This document shows positions 9,253 through 19,767 of a stretch of DNA of 64,000 nucleotides, piece after piece. This DNA is from an uncultured Phycisphaerales bacterium (GTDB lineage Bacteria > Planctomycetota > Phycisphaerae > Sedimentisphaerales > Anaerobacaceae). The stretch is taken from NCBI GenBank assembly GCA_963772725.1, contig CAVYYI010000003.1, positions 736,001-800,000 of the forward strand. The letters run 5' to 3'. The number at the start of each line of letters is the position of its first letter. Position 1 is the stretch's first letter. The position numbers and the translations under genes are program-made. The notes beneath the pieces were generated by a model. That model saw only the letters and a program-made list of their open reading frames with translations, was not told where the DNA came from and ran no database searches.

Positions 9253-9652
9253 GGTTGCTGTCCCCATTATTCAGATGAATTGGAGTGTTTTTAGTATGGA
9301 AGAAAAATGTAAGAGAAATATTATTCGGTGGTTGGTGATGATTGCTGCAATGTTTCTTATACTGCCGGCTGTCTCTTTTTTAACGCTTGCACTTCTTGGT
9401 TGGCTTGTGGATTTGTACTCTCTATTGATTTTTGTATTTATGGGAGTAAGTCCGGTGATAGTAGGGGTCTATATAGCTTTGGCCGTATGGCTTGCAAAAA
9501 GAAAATACAATGTAATATTTAAAGTTGCAGTTTTTCTTATAACCTTAGCTATTCTTCTGTCGTTTATATATTTTGCCATTGGTTCCTTTTGGGTACTTAC
9601 CAATTTGCGCATGTGAGATGATATTATTTAGGGAATAATGGGGACAGCCACC
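9253..9652. repeat. 20-bp inverted repeat pair (19/20) bracketing one gene
   Basis: GGTTGCTGTCCCCATTATTC (9253-9272) versus GAATAATGGGGACAGCCACC (9633-9652). Confidence 0.85.
9275..9616 (+). CDS. Small membrane protein with about 3 transmembrane segments
   Basis: Three hydrophobic stretches; the start may be the second ATG (MEEK). Confidence 0.65.
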   Translation: MNWSVFSMEEKCKRNIIRWLVMIAAMFLILPAVSFLTLALLGWLVDLYSLLIFVFMGVSPVIVGVYIALAVWLAKRKYNVIFKVAVFLITLAILLSFIYFAIGSFWVLTNLRM

Positions 9653-9709
9653 TATTTATAGGCATTTTAGATTTTGGATTGTGAAATTGCTGAAGATATA
9701 ATTTGCCAC

Positions 9710-9803
9710 TGGACAAGGTTCGTATGCGAGGTAAAATATGGTGAGGTTTTTGAGCGAAGAATAATTATATGTCGTGCGGCTGAGAATCAAGGGAAATAAT
9801 TAT
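9710..9803 (+). promoter_or_regulatory. Repeated promoter/leader module, copy C (more diverged, no sizeable gene downstream)
   Basis: TGGACA-N16-TAAAAT..GGTTTTTGAG..AATTATATG..GTGCGGCT. Confidence 0.55.
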
Positions 9804-9842
9804 GCTTTCCACAGATATGTGAGAAGAAGATAAAAATAAACT

Positions 9843-9865
9843 GTGGGGTTGTGACCCCACCCTAC
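9843..9865 (-). repeat. GTAG-type REP-like hairpin
   Basis: Minus strand reads GTAG-GGTGGGGTCACAACCCCAC. Confidence 0.5.
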
Positions 9866-9910
9866 AAAACTGCCAAACCAGAATCCAGTTAAATAATAAA
9901 AGAGCTAACT

Positions 9911-10243
9911 TCATTGATTCATCATTGTATTGACAGCCTGCTTCAAAGAAGGAATTTCTTTTTCAATGATATTCCAGACTGTCTCAACATCAACACCAAG
10001 GTAATCGTGAACAAGAATGTTGCGGAAACCGGCGATTTTATACCAATCTATTTGCGGCTGAGCTTGTTTTACATGCTCAGAGAGACGCTGAGTAGATTCC
10101 GCCATGATTTGTAAATTACGTAATACCGCATCCTGCACAAGGTTCGAAACCGCAAACTCATCCTTGTTCATCCGCTCCACATAAGATTCTATCCGCTCGA
10201 TGCATTCGGAGATATGAATCAGATACAGCTTATCATCTTTCAT
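9911..10243 (-). CDS. HepT-like HEPN ribonuclease toxin (DUF86)
   Basis: [12 protein letters not shown] and RNILVHDY (Rx4H followed by Y). Confidence 0.92.
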   Translation of the reverse strand: MKDDKLYLIHISECIERIESYVERMNKDEFAVSNLVQDAVLRNLQIMAESTQRLSEHVKQAQPQIDWYKIAGFRNILVHDYLGVDVETVWNIIEKEIPSLKQAVNTMMNQ

Positions 10244-10527
10244 ATTGGTTTTGCTTCCTTGATAACCTTATCTCGTATGTACCAATGAAGACCCTTTTCA
10301 GTTACAATATCAACCCTGCGATGCAGCAGTTCCTGCAAATCCATCAATAGTCCGCCAAGGTCAAATAAAGAACGGCCCGGTTCTAATTCGACAAGAAAAT
10401 CCACATCACTGCTGGCGTCTGCTTCCCCCCTCGCCACAGAGCCGAAAACACGGACGTCAGATGCACCGTATTTGGCCGCGAGAGCGAGGATTTCTTTTTT
10501 CCGTTTTTGTATTTCTTCTATTCCCAT
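10240..10527 (-). CDS. MNT nucleotidyltransferase antitoxin
   Basis: [16 protein letters not shown] (GSx10DxD); ATGA overlap with the HEPN gene. Confidence 0.92.
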   Translation of the reverse strand: MGIEEIQKRKKEILALAAKYGASDVRVFGSVARGEADASSDVDFLVELEPGRSLFDLGGLLMDLQELLHRRVDIVTEKGLHWYIRDKVIKEAKPI

Positions 10528-10692
10528 ATAGCGGAACTTTTCCTTTCACAAATTAGTGTAAATCCTGCGTTAATCGCTGTCAAACCAAAACTTATTAAGC
10601 TGACGCAATTTTGCTTTGAACAAAACGGTTAAAACGCTATAATATAAACAGCGTGGGATAAGATACCGCTAATGCTTTTTGAAAAGTTAAAA

Positions 10693-11047
10693 GGGGGCGA
10701 ATGGCTTCGACCGGACTGTCGATTGCCAGGTCGCATGTCCAGGACGTCGGTTGGCCTGGCTAATCATTCCGACACTAAAACTTAATTGGCAACTACCAGT
10801 TGCAAATGGCTGCTTAATTAGCAACCCGTCCTGCCTGCCTGTGCCTGCGGGGCCGGCATGGGCGTAACGAAGTGGGCTGGCACAGATTGTTTTTTCGGGC
10901 CATCTGTGCGAGACTTATCCGAAATAGCTGAGATTTGAGCCTGTCGTTTGGCGCTTTTCGACGCGAAACTTAAAAATTAAGCGACTAAACATGTAGATGC
11001 CTGTCATGAAGCGTCACGGGACGGGGGTTCGAATCCCCCCGCCTCCA
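10693..11047 (+). ncRNA. ssrA: tmRNA; tag frame GNYQLQMAA* at 10788-10817
   Basis: 5' GGGGGCG..TTCGAC pairs with 3' CGCCTCCA including the G3:U pair; T-arm GGTTCGAATCC; tag ends in AA-stop; CCA not encoded. Confidence 0.95.
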
Positions 11048-11288
11048 GTCTTCGTTCAGAGCGAAAGCGATGAACCAAGACTGTCACGCCGTAGCTTTAG
11101 CGAAGGCGGACTTAGTTTAAATAGTTTTAAAGGCTCTGAACTGCGACTCGGCAGGCCAGTTAGCAATAGCATTTGTCAATACCTCTTGTGTTCCGGCCTT
11201 GAGCGTTCTCAGAAATGATAAAATAATGTAATATAAATTGCGGCATGAATAAGCTTAAACTTGAGAAAAATCGCATTTTCACTGTTAA

Positions 11289-12794
11289 TTATGGTGCTTT
11301 TTGAATGACATCTTGAATTTTATGTATTTCTTCATCGGTTAACTCCGCAAAATAGGACTTTCTTTTTTTCGGAGAGAGGATGCCATTATTCTGCAAACAA
11401 AACCTGATAAATAAATCAATTCTCTGGTCCGGCATATCAACGATTTCCTGAATCGCGCGTTTGGTTGCATCATAGTTTTTCAGGAAGTTTAGTTCTTCAA
11501 CCAGTTCTTTTTCAATGGTTGTTTGGATGAAATCAAAAAGCGATTCTGCTATTGCGGTCATATCCGGATAGCGATAATGAACGGATGTCTGATTGTTGAC
11601 CTTCATCTGTCCATCCTCACTGAGCGTAAAATCAATCAAGCGAATCAATGGTTTTGAAAAGGTTTCCAGAGCTGCATCGTAAGCATCCAAATTATTCAGC
11701 ATAGCCGCTGAAATCGGAAATATAAGTCCCGCGGGCGTGAACCTTCGGCGCGCAAGTATGTTGTGAATCAAAAATCTGTGAATTCGGCCGTTGCCATCCC
11801 CAAACGGATGCATAAAAACAAAGCCGAACGCAATAGCCGCCGCATGGACTACCGGATGTACCTGGGAACTATCCATTCTCTGATGTGATAGAATCAGGCC
11901 TTCCATTAAATCATTGATATCCTCCGGTTGCGGTGGGATAAAATGAATTTTCTCCTGCTGCCAGGCAACCGTTTCGCCAACATAATTTTGGTTGCTTCGG
12001 TAGTCTTTATCTGCGTAACGCGGATCGACGATGCGGTTCTGTAAGTCAACCAGTGACTCTTTGTTGACAAAATCAGCCTTTTCCGCAATCTGCAGGAGCG
12101 AAGTAAATCGCTCTGTTCGGCTTACATTAGGTGTAATATGTTCAATGGCGAATGAGGACTTTGTTTCCTTAGTGTACAAATAACTGACGGCACGCTTTAG
12201 AAGCTCGGCAGGATAGCTGGCTAAAATATTGCGGCATTTAGCATTAAGATTAGAATCCTCAAATCTACATATTGTCTCGGTTCTGCGAATGATAGGGCAA
12301 AATTGTGGATTACCCAGCAGATTGTTCCTGATGCGTTGGCGGCGAATCATCTCTTCCTCAGTGGTGTAGTATTTATTTTTATCTACAAGGTCGATGTAAT
12401 TGCCCTTTGTAAGATCAGCAATTTCCAATTGCTTGCCAGTTATCCATTCGAAAAGATACCAAATTCTGCGGGTATATTGGCCTTGTGGTTTGGATGTAAT
12501 CCATGTGGCAAGCTCCTCGATTTTAACCTTATTGAAGACCTCAGATAGAATTTCCAGATTTATCCCATCGTATTTCAATGCAAATTCGAGATGGTCAAGT
12601 CGTACACTGCCGGGCCAGTAGGAATTAGGGAATATTTCAAGAATGCGGCCATCAGTCTTGACGATTTTTTGAAGCCGGGAACCGCCAACCTCGGACATAT
12701 GCCAATGAGGCAATACCTGAAGATCGAATTGGTGGGTAATAAACGAGTATCCAGCCAATCTGTTTGCCTCTGATTTTACAGAGTTCTTTGCCAT
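11289..12794 (-). CDS. Fic family protein
   Basis: Canonical HPFGDGNGRIHR motif; likely start MAKNSV at 12794 after AGGAAG. Confidence 0.9.
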   Translation of the reverse strand: MAKNSVKSEANRLAGYSFITHQFDLQVLPHWHMSEVGGSRLQKIVKTDGRILEIFPNSYWPGSVRLDHLEFALKYDGINLEILSEVFNKVKIEELATWITSKPQGQYTRRIWYLFEWITGKQLEIADLTKGNYIDLVDKNKYYTTEEEMIRRQRIRNNLLGNPQFCPIIRRTETICRFEDSNLNAKCRNILASYPAELLKRAVSYLYTKETKSSFAIEHITPNVSRTERFTSLLQIAEKADFVNKESLVDLQNRIVDPRYADKDYRSNQNYVGETVAWQQEKIHFIPPQPEDINDLMEGLILSHQRMDSSQVHPVVHAAAIAFGFVFMHPFGDGNGRIHRFLIHNILARRRFTPAGLIFPISAAMLNNLDAYDAALETFSKPLIRLIDFTLSEDGQMKVNNQTSVHYRYPDMTAIAESLFDFIQTTIEKELVEELNFLKNYDATKRAIQEIVDMPDQRIDLFIRFCLQNNGILSPKKRKSYFAELTDEEIHKIQDVIQKAP

Positions 12795-13299
12795 ATCTGA
12801 CTTCCTATGAAAAACAATTACGTAATCAAAATTATACTTACATATCGGCAATTTTGAAGAAAAATACTTACAAAAATTCCCAAGATGATTAAATTGCTTA
12901 TTTTTACTTAAAAAATACAAAAAACTATTACAGATGTTCAAAATCGCAACAAAATCACCTTTTTTTACTCGAAAAAAGGTTGCTATGCGGCACGGGTCTG
13001 AATCAGTGCCCCAATCACCGACTTTATATGGTCGGGCAGTTTTGGAGATATCGATTAAATTGGTGGGTTCAGGATGGCTTTGCAGCAGAAACGCTAAGAT
13101 GGACGGCATGCAGGTTACCTGTTAAGTCAATGTATAGTGAAGCATTTTCAACAGAGCGGCAAACGATAAATCGTGAACTGCAAATGAAAAATGTAGCCGC
13201 GAGAAAAAAATCCTTAATAGCTGGCAATTTACATGCTTACGCAGGTATGACAACCTGAATCGCTATGTTTGAACGGTATTACAAATCCCAAAATTTTTC

Positions 13300-13495
13300 A
13301 CCGCGGAGTTCCCTTCGACTTCGCTCAGGGTAGTCGCAGAGGTAATTTTTAACCACGAATTCACACGAATTAACACAAATTTTAAAAAAATGTCGACAAT
13401 CTTTTCCATTAGTGTCTATTCGTGTTTATTCGTGGTTAATTTCTTTCTTTCAGTTAAATCGGGTTTTTCTCTGCGACCTCCGCGTCCTCCGTGGT
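13300..13495. repeat. Nested inverted repeats built from 9-mer units, with an embedded REP-like hairpin
   Basis: Outer ACCGCGGAG..GTCGCAGAG versus CTCTGCGAC..CTCCGTGGT; inner TTAACCACGAAT(TCACACGAAT)(TAACACAAAT) versus ATTAGTGTCT ATTCGTGTTT ATTCGTGGTTAA; CCCTTCGACTTCGCTCAGGG inside the left arm. Confidence 0.8.
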
Positions 13496-13527
13496 TAATG
13501 AATTATGCGGGCTAAAGCCGATACTTA

Positions 13528-15051
13528 TTACTTTGTGATATTTCCGCGGTCGTCGTAGCAAATCAGGTCGTGTTTTTCACCTATATAATCAGGCGATGAA
13601 CGGATAATGACGATTTTATCGCTGGCCTGCTCAATCTGAGCGATTGTAGAGCGTTTTTCATTCTGAAGATATTCAGAGACTTCCGCCGACGCCAACAGCT
13701 CTATCCGTTTGATTTGCGGTCTCGATGTGTAAAGGTTCAAGAGGCGTATAATTTCGATGGCGGTTGACTCATGGCTTTTAACAAAACCGGTTCCGGAGCA
13801 GTGCGGGCAAATAAGATGGGTGCTTGACTGCAGCGATGGACGCATCCTCTGTCGCGTCATTTCAATAATGCCGAAACGGCTGATTCGCAGTATCTTCGTA
13901 CGTGCACGGTCGGTTTTGACCGCGTCACGAAAGGCTTTTTCGACCTCGACTCGATGTTTTTCACTGTGCATATCGATAAAATCGCAGACTATTAATCCGC
14001 CGAGGTCTCGCAGCCTGAGCTGTCGGGCTATTTCCGCGGCAGCCTCGATGTTAATCTTAAAGGCTGTCTGCTCGGCGCTTTTCTGCTCACGGTAATGCCC
14101 GCTGTTCACGTCTATTGCGACAAGCGCCTCGGTTTGCTCTATAACTATGGAGCCGCCGCATTTCAGGCGAACAGTACGGGACTGAATTTTGGATATTTCA
14201 TCTTCAATTTCATATTTATGAAAGAGCGGGATTTTGCCGTCATAGTAAACTACTCTGCGTCTGAAACGCGGCATCGCAATCGAGAGAAAATCCTTTATTT
14301 TTCTAACTACACTTTCGGAATCGCAGATTATCCTGTCTATCTTGCTGCTCAATATGTCCCGCAGCGTTCGAATTACAAGATTGGATTCGGTATAGAGTTC
14401 GCTGGGGGCCTTTTCTTTATCAATTCGCTTTTCAATGGTGCCCCACAGGCGTTCGAGATACCTTAAATCGTTAAGAATATCCTTTTTTGAGCAGCCCTGT
14501 CCGGCGGTTCTGATAATAAAACCAATTCCTTTGGCCGGCCCGATTTCGTCAAGAATCTGCTTTAATCTGGCGCGTTCCTGCTCATCTTCAATTTTGTGTG
14601 AAACGCCATGCTTTCTCATCCATGGCATCATAACAAGATATTTGCCCGGCAGAGAAACATAGGCGCTGAGGGTGGGGCCTTTGGTGTTCACCCCTTCTTT
14701 TGTAACCTGGACGACAAGCTCCTGGCCTTTGTGCAGGCATTTCTGGATAGGGACCCTTTCTCTTAAGGCCTGCCTGCGTCCGATAGACTCGATTTCGGCC
14801 TCCTCGTTTTTGCCGAGATATCGAGGATGCAGGTCGCTTATGTGGAGGAAGCCGTTCCTGTCGATGCCGAAGTCGATAAAAGCCGCCTGAATGCTTGATT
14901 CGACGTTTACCACTCTGCCCTTGTAGATATTGCCGACGTGACTGCTCAGGCCGAGACGTTCCATATAAAGCTCCTCGAGCGCACCATTCTCAACAACCGC
15001 GATTCTGCACTCTTCCCGTTCAGCCACATTTATGAGCATTTCTCTTGCCAT
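13528..15051 (-). CDS. rng: Rne/Rng family ribonuclease
   Basis: GNIYKGRV..QAAFID..GFLH S1 domain; AIDVNSG, LRLRDLGGLIVCDFIDM; CPHCSGTG. Confidence 0.92.
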   Translation of the reverse strand: MAREMLINVAEREECRIAVVENGALEELYMERLGLSSHVGNIYKGRVVNVESSIQAAFIDFGIDRNGFLHISDLHPRYLGKNEEAEIESIGRRQALRERVPIQKCLHKGQELVVQVTKEGVNTKGPTLSAYVSLPGKYLVMMPWMRKHGVSHKIEDEQERARLKQILDEIGPAKGIGFIIRTAGQGCSKKDILNDLRYLERLWGTIEKRIDKEKAPSELYTESNLVIRTLRDILSSKIDRIICDSESVVRKIKDFLSIAMPRFRRRVVYYDGKIPLFHKYEIEDEISKIQSRTVRLKCGGSIVIEQTEALVAIDVNSGHYREQKSAEQTAFKINIEAAAEIARQLRLRDLGGLIVCDFIDMHSEKHRVEVEKAFRDAVKTDRARTKILRISRFGIIEMTRQRMRPSLQSSTHLICPHCSGTGFVKSHESTAIEIIRLLNLYTSRPQIKRIELLASAEVSEYLQNEKRSTIAQIEQASDKIVIIRSSPDYIGEKHDLICYDDRGNITK

Positions 15052-15105
15052 TGTTTTATCCTTACAGTTTATCGCCCATATATTTTTTGTTTGTCTGCGC
15101 CCGCG

Positions 15106-15792
15106 TCAATTGTCTTGCCACCTGACATTTGTTCGCTTTATGGGAGCAGTCAATTCTTCGATATTAAGTTCCAGCAGTTTAAGAATTTCATCCACGCGAA
15201 TCGAACCGCCTGGACTGATTTTACATTCCACGGATATCGCCTGAGAATCCATATTGATATCGCCTAAAAATGGCCTTACATCCACAACCCGCGTATGTCC
15301 GGCTTCGTCAGTCCGCCGCTGGATATTCAGCTCCTTATTCGCAAGCAGGGTATCGATTCTGTTTTTCGTCACTGTATTTGCCATATCTTGTTTTATCGGC
15401 AGAATATAGGTAGCGGAGTTTGCCTGCTGAGAAATTTTCTTTTCGGACGTTACAACGCTAAGCAGTTCAATTCCCTTTGGCAGTTGGGCGGAAAGTGACG
15501 CTTTTAACTGTTCAGCGTTAAAAGGCGTCGCGGAATCGTCTAATTGCAGGCACAATAATTCCTCATCGGCCTCTACGCCGACACTCCTCGGCAGCGGCAG
15601 CGACATTTTGGGATGAGGGTTAAAACCCTGGCTGTGGCGAATTCGCACACCCGCCCTTATGCAGGCTCTTTGAAGCATCCTGACGGTCTCCGCGTGCGAC
15701 AGAAACCTCAGACTGCCGAAAATCCTGAACCTGACCAAAACTATAATTGTCTTTACCCCAGCTTCTATTTCGAACTCCTTAGCACCCGCCAA
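15106..15792 (-). CDS. Radical SAM-linked protein (DUF2344/TIGR03936-like)
   Basis: LRFLSH..RA..SQGFNPHPKMS..LP.SVG; usual position upstream of rng. Confidence 0.85.
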   Translation of the reverse strand: MAGAKEFEIEAGVKTIIVLVRFRIFGSLRFLSHAETVRMLQRACIRAGVRIRHSQGFNPHPKMSLPLPRSVGVEADEELLCLQLDDSATPFNAEQLKASLSAQLPKGIELLSVVTSEKKISQQANSATYILPIKQDMANTVTKNRIDTLLANKELNIQRRTDEAGHTRVVDVRPFLGDINMDSQAISVECKISPGGSIRVDEILKLLELNIEELTAPIKRTNVRWQDN

Positions 15793-15924
15793 ACATCTTG
15801 CGAATACTGCAACGCCAGCTATTTTCCGGTATTATTACAGAATTATTCCTGAAAAACAAGGATTTTCTGTGAACTCAAGGTTTTGGGCAACAGGGGAACA
15901 TTAGTAACGCCGGACACCACGTAC

Positions 15925-16417
15925 TCAGGCGGAGAAGATTTCGTCGGCGAGGTCCTGTCCGACCTGTTTGGCGTAATATTGTTCGAGGGCTTTTTTGCCC
16001 TGGGTCTGGAAATTTTCGGCGGAATTGAAAACGCCTATTTTCACAAGTACCAGCAGTGTAATGCACGCGGCCGCATTGGCAGCGGCGCCTTTATATTTGC
16101 TTAATCTTTCGGGAAGTTTTGGTTCCGGTAAAGCGGTTTTGAGTTTTTCAGCCTTTAAGGAATATCTGAGGCTGTGTTTCAAGACGCCGATAGCCTGGGT
16201 ATTTGCGCATAAGTAAATCGAGTCTGTGCGGTTCGGATTTAAGGAGGGATAGGGCCAAATCGACCCTGCCTGCCGAAGCGAGACGCTTTTGGCAGCGGGG
16301 GCAGTTGGCGATATGATTTTGCACCCAGTCTGTATCGAGGTTAATTCTGCTGCTTAGAGCATTGAACAGCCTGGCACGGATATTACCGCACTTATTATTT
16401 TTTTCGATTGCTTTCAT
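15925..16417 (-). CDS. Putative zinc-finger anti-sigma factor, frameshifted near 16205
   Basis: HIANCPRC (HxxxCxxC) plus a C-terminal TM segment in a second frame; coupled to the ECF gene. Confidence 0.65.
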
Positions 16418-16978
16418 TTTTCAACTTCTTTCTTATTCATCCACGCCGCGAGGAGCTGCACGGCCTTACATCTGTACACTCGTGCCGTCGCCTCGGATAT
16501 ATTTAATATTTTGCCAACCTGAGTATAAGACAGTTCCGCCAGGTCCCGCAGGACAACGACATCCCGGATGTTTTCAGGCAGCCCTGCGATTGCGCAGCCT
16601 CAGCGCATCCTTGAGAAACCCTGCGTTAAGTTCCGTCGCCTGTGATTTTGTATTTCCCGCCGAGGCCAGCTCCTGCGATGTATGCCTTTCGGTAATTTTA
16701 TGCCGGAGTATCGAGATGGCGATGTTATTGGCTGAACGAAAAACATAAGCCTTGATGTGTTCCGGTTTTTGTCCGCCCTGGTAGTGGGCCAATTTCAGGA
16801 ATGTATCCTGGTAAGCGTCGCATACGTCCTGCTCATTGCCGAGTATTCGCCAGAGCATCGTAATTAAATCCTGACCGTGTGTCTGCATCGTGGATAGTAC
16901 CCATCGCTGAGTTTCGCTAAGCGACTGAGGTATGGCAAAATCCAAAACCAATCCGCAAGTGGCGGTCTTATTCGACAT
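16414..16978 (-). CDS. ECF sigma factor, frameshifted near 16590
   Basis: Region 2 (DAYQDTFLK..AYVFRSANN). The other frame gives region 4, AIAGLPENIRDVVVLRDLAELSYTQVGKILNISEATARVY. Confidence 0.85.
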
Positions 16979-17171
16979 AAAAACCTTCTGATTTGAAATA
17001 TATTTCTGACTAATAGACGCACCAGCTATGCATTATGTTAACAAAAATTTCATAAAAATCGCAAAAAAAATAATTTTTTTTGTTAACATTCGCGCCCTTT
17101 ATGCGTCTTATCTATGTAAAAAACGTCAAAAACCGCCAATTTCGCAAAAAAACAGGCAGGTTATCGCCAAA

Positions 17172-17242
17172 TGTCATTCCCGCGAAAGCGGGAATCCATA
17201 TTGGCGGTGTGATACTGGATACCCGCTTGCGCGGGTATGACA
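17172..17242. repeat. REP-like palindromic element (ATTCCC-N8-GGGAAT type), copy 2
   Basis: Left arm identical to 4273-4299; right arm TGGATACCCGCTTGCGCGGGTATGACA. Confidence 0.85.
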
Positions 17243-17270
17243 AAATAAAAGATTGATAGATGAGAAATTT

Positions 17271-18443
17271 ATGAATAGTAATACAAATTCAAATCCAAAG
17301 AAGCATAAAGAGCCGGCGCAGAATGTTGTCGTTGTCGTGGAAGATTTGCTCAAAAAGGCGATTCAGGCCAACGCCAGCGATGTGCATTTTGAACCGACTG
17401 CCGGGGAGCTTGTTGTTAAGTTTCGGCTCGATGGCGTACTGGGAATCGCTGAAAGGTTGCCTAAAGCTCTGGCGGACAACGTGGTTGCCAGGCTAAAGGT
17501 CATGGGCGGGCTTTTGACTTATCGAAACGATGTGCCTCAGGAGGGCAGAATCGATGTCAGCCAAGATTATTCGGAGCTTGTTATCGACCAGCGGCTGTCA
17601 ATTTTCCCGACGATTCACGGCCAGCGGGCGGTCGTGCGATTGTTCTATCAGAATAAGGAGCTTACGGCTCTTGAGCAGTTGGGATTTGCCGCGGAGATTT
17701 ATGCGGCATTGAAAAGGCTCGCGGCGGCGAACCAGGGGGTTCTCCTGCTGACCGGACCCGCAGGCAGCGGCAAAAGTACGACTCTGGCGGCGCTGTTGCG
17801 AAATATTTTGAAGCATTTTCCGGGCAGGAGCATCGTAACACTGGAAGACCCGGTGGAAATCCGCATCGAGGGTGTTACGCAGACGCAGATTACGCCTTAC
17901 GGGCAAATGACATTTCCGACGGCGCTGCGGTCAGCTGCTAAGGCAGGACCCGCAGGTACTGATGATTGGCGAAATCAGGGACGCAGAGACCGCAAAGATT
18001 GGGATAGAGGCCGGCCTGACGGGACATCTTTTGATGAGTACAATGCACAGCGGCACGCCGGCGGGGGCGCTACTGCGTCTGCTGGAGATGGGGATTGAGC
18101 CTTACCAGATAACATCGAGCGTATCGGCGGTTTTGAATCAGCGGCTTATCAGAAAACTCTGCGCCAAATGCAGAAGAAAAAACCAGCAAAGCGGTCTATA
18201 CGAATCGACAGGCTGCGAAGAGTGTTTTGATACGGGCTACAAGGGCCGTGTACTGATTGCTGAACTTGTCGAACTTGATATGCCTTTGCGAAAGGCGATT
18301 TTAGCCAAGGCCGATTCGGATGAACTCGAAGGTATCCTTAAAACAAAAGGCCACACAAATATGTTCGACGATGCCCAGCACTGCTCGAATCCGGCATTAC
18401 AAGTGAAGATGAATTGAATAAAGTTTTTGGAATTACTGTCTAA
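17271..18443 (+). CDS. gspE: GspE/PilB family ATPase (short form), frameshifts near 17933 and 18379
   Basis: ASDVHFEP, GPAGSGKSTT, TLEDPVE; continues as LLRQDPQVLMIGEIRD, TGHLLMSTMH and two CxxC. Confidence 0.88.
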
Positions 18444-18546
18444 AAATTGACCACGAATGAACACGAATAAACACAATTTATTAGCCACAGAGGACACAGA
18501 GGTCGCAGAGGAAGAAAAGGATTAAGGATAAAAAAAGGAACGGGAT

Positions 18547-19742
18547 ATGGCGAGGTTTGAATATAACGCGTTGACATCGGCGGGGCGGCTGATGAAAGGG
18601 ACAATCGAGGCTGGGTCGCAGGAAGAGGCGAAGGAACAGCTCAGCCAGATGCAGCTAAACATCAACTCTATTTCGCAGGCAAAGCCGGAAAAGCCGCAAA
18701 CGGCGATAGGCAGGAACGAGTTTCTTCTTTTTAATCAGCAGCTTGCCTCGATTACAAAGGCGGGCATTCCCATTGAGCGGGGGCTGCGTGAGCTTTCCAA
18801 AGATGTTGCCTCGCACTCGATGCGAAGGCTCATTGAGGCTATCGCCGAGGAATTGGAAGCGGGGGTGAGCATCGAAGAGGCCTTCGAGAAGAGGCAGAGA
18901 CATTTTCCGCCCTTGTACGGCAGAATTCTAAAGGCGGGTGTTGAGACCGGACGGCTCAGTGAGATGCTGGCCAGTCTCAACCGCCATCTTGAAACGGCCA
19001 ACCGTACGAGAAAAATAATCTTCGAGGCGATAGCGTATCCGCTGGTTGTTTTCGGCATCGCTTCGGTGATTATAACTAACGTATTATTATTTATAGTGCC
19101 GCAGTTCAGGGCAGTTCTTTATGAGATGGTCGGCGAGAATAAGTTTAGTTCTGTTACTACAACGATTTTTGTGATATCTGAGCATATTTTAATTTTTTGG
19201 GCGGGCGTGGGGGTAGTTGTCGGGGCGATAGTTATCGGGGTACTGCTGCTTTCGACATTTCCCGAGGGGCGGAGATTCAAGGAGTCGATATTTATGAAAG
19301 TTCCTGTTATGGGCAGGCTTTACCAGAGCAGCACATTAAGCAGGATGGCCGAGGCGATGGCGATGATGGTGGCGGCGGGAAGCGATATGCCGACGTGCCT
19401 TAGGTTAAGCGCAGAGGCGAGTGGCAGCGAAAAAATGATTCTTGAAAGCGAGGTTGTCGCACAGCAGATTGAGGGCGGGGCAAATATTATGGAGGCAGGA
19501 CAATTCTGCAAAATGATACCGAGGCTGTTTTTGTATTCGATGCAGCTTGGGCGCAGAGAAATGAATTACAGGACAATCTCTACAGTCTCGGGCAGATGTA
19601 TTCTGAGCAGGCCAGAAGCAGCCAGTCGAGATTGCAGACTATTTTGCTGCCGTTAATGCTTCTACTTGTAGGCGGGTTTATATTTTTTACTATCTTAGCG
19701 ATATTTTTACCGATGGTACAGGTTATTACGGCTTTATCATAA
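18547..19742 (+). CDS. gspF: GspF/PilC platform protein, frameshifted near 19550
   Basis: FNQQLASITKAGIPI, GVETGRL, AIAYP; the second frame ends AIFLPMVQVITALS*. Confidence 0.88.
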
Positions 19743-19767
19743 TAAGCATCTTAAAAGAGACAAGAAT

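Noticed and set aside
7798..10527. Classical integron cassette array
   Set aside because: No integron integrase, and I could not identify attC sites with RYYYAAC/GTTRRRY ends; the repeats look like promoters and REP-type IRs.
12795..13109. 105-aa N-terminal extension of the Fic protein
   Set aside because: The ORF track extends to an upstream alternative start through AT-rich, promoter-like DNA; an RBS supports the ATG at 12794.
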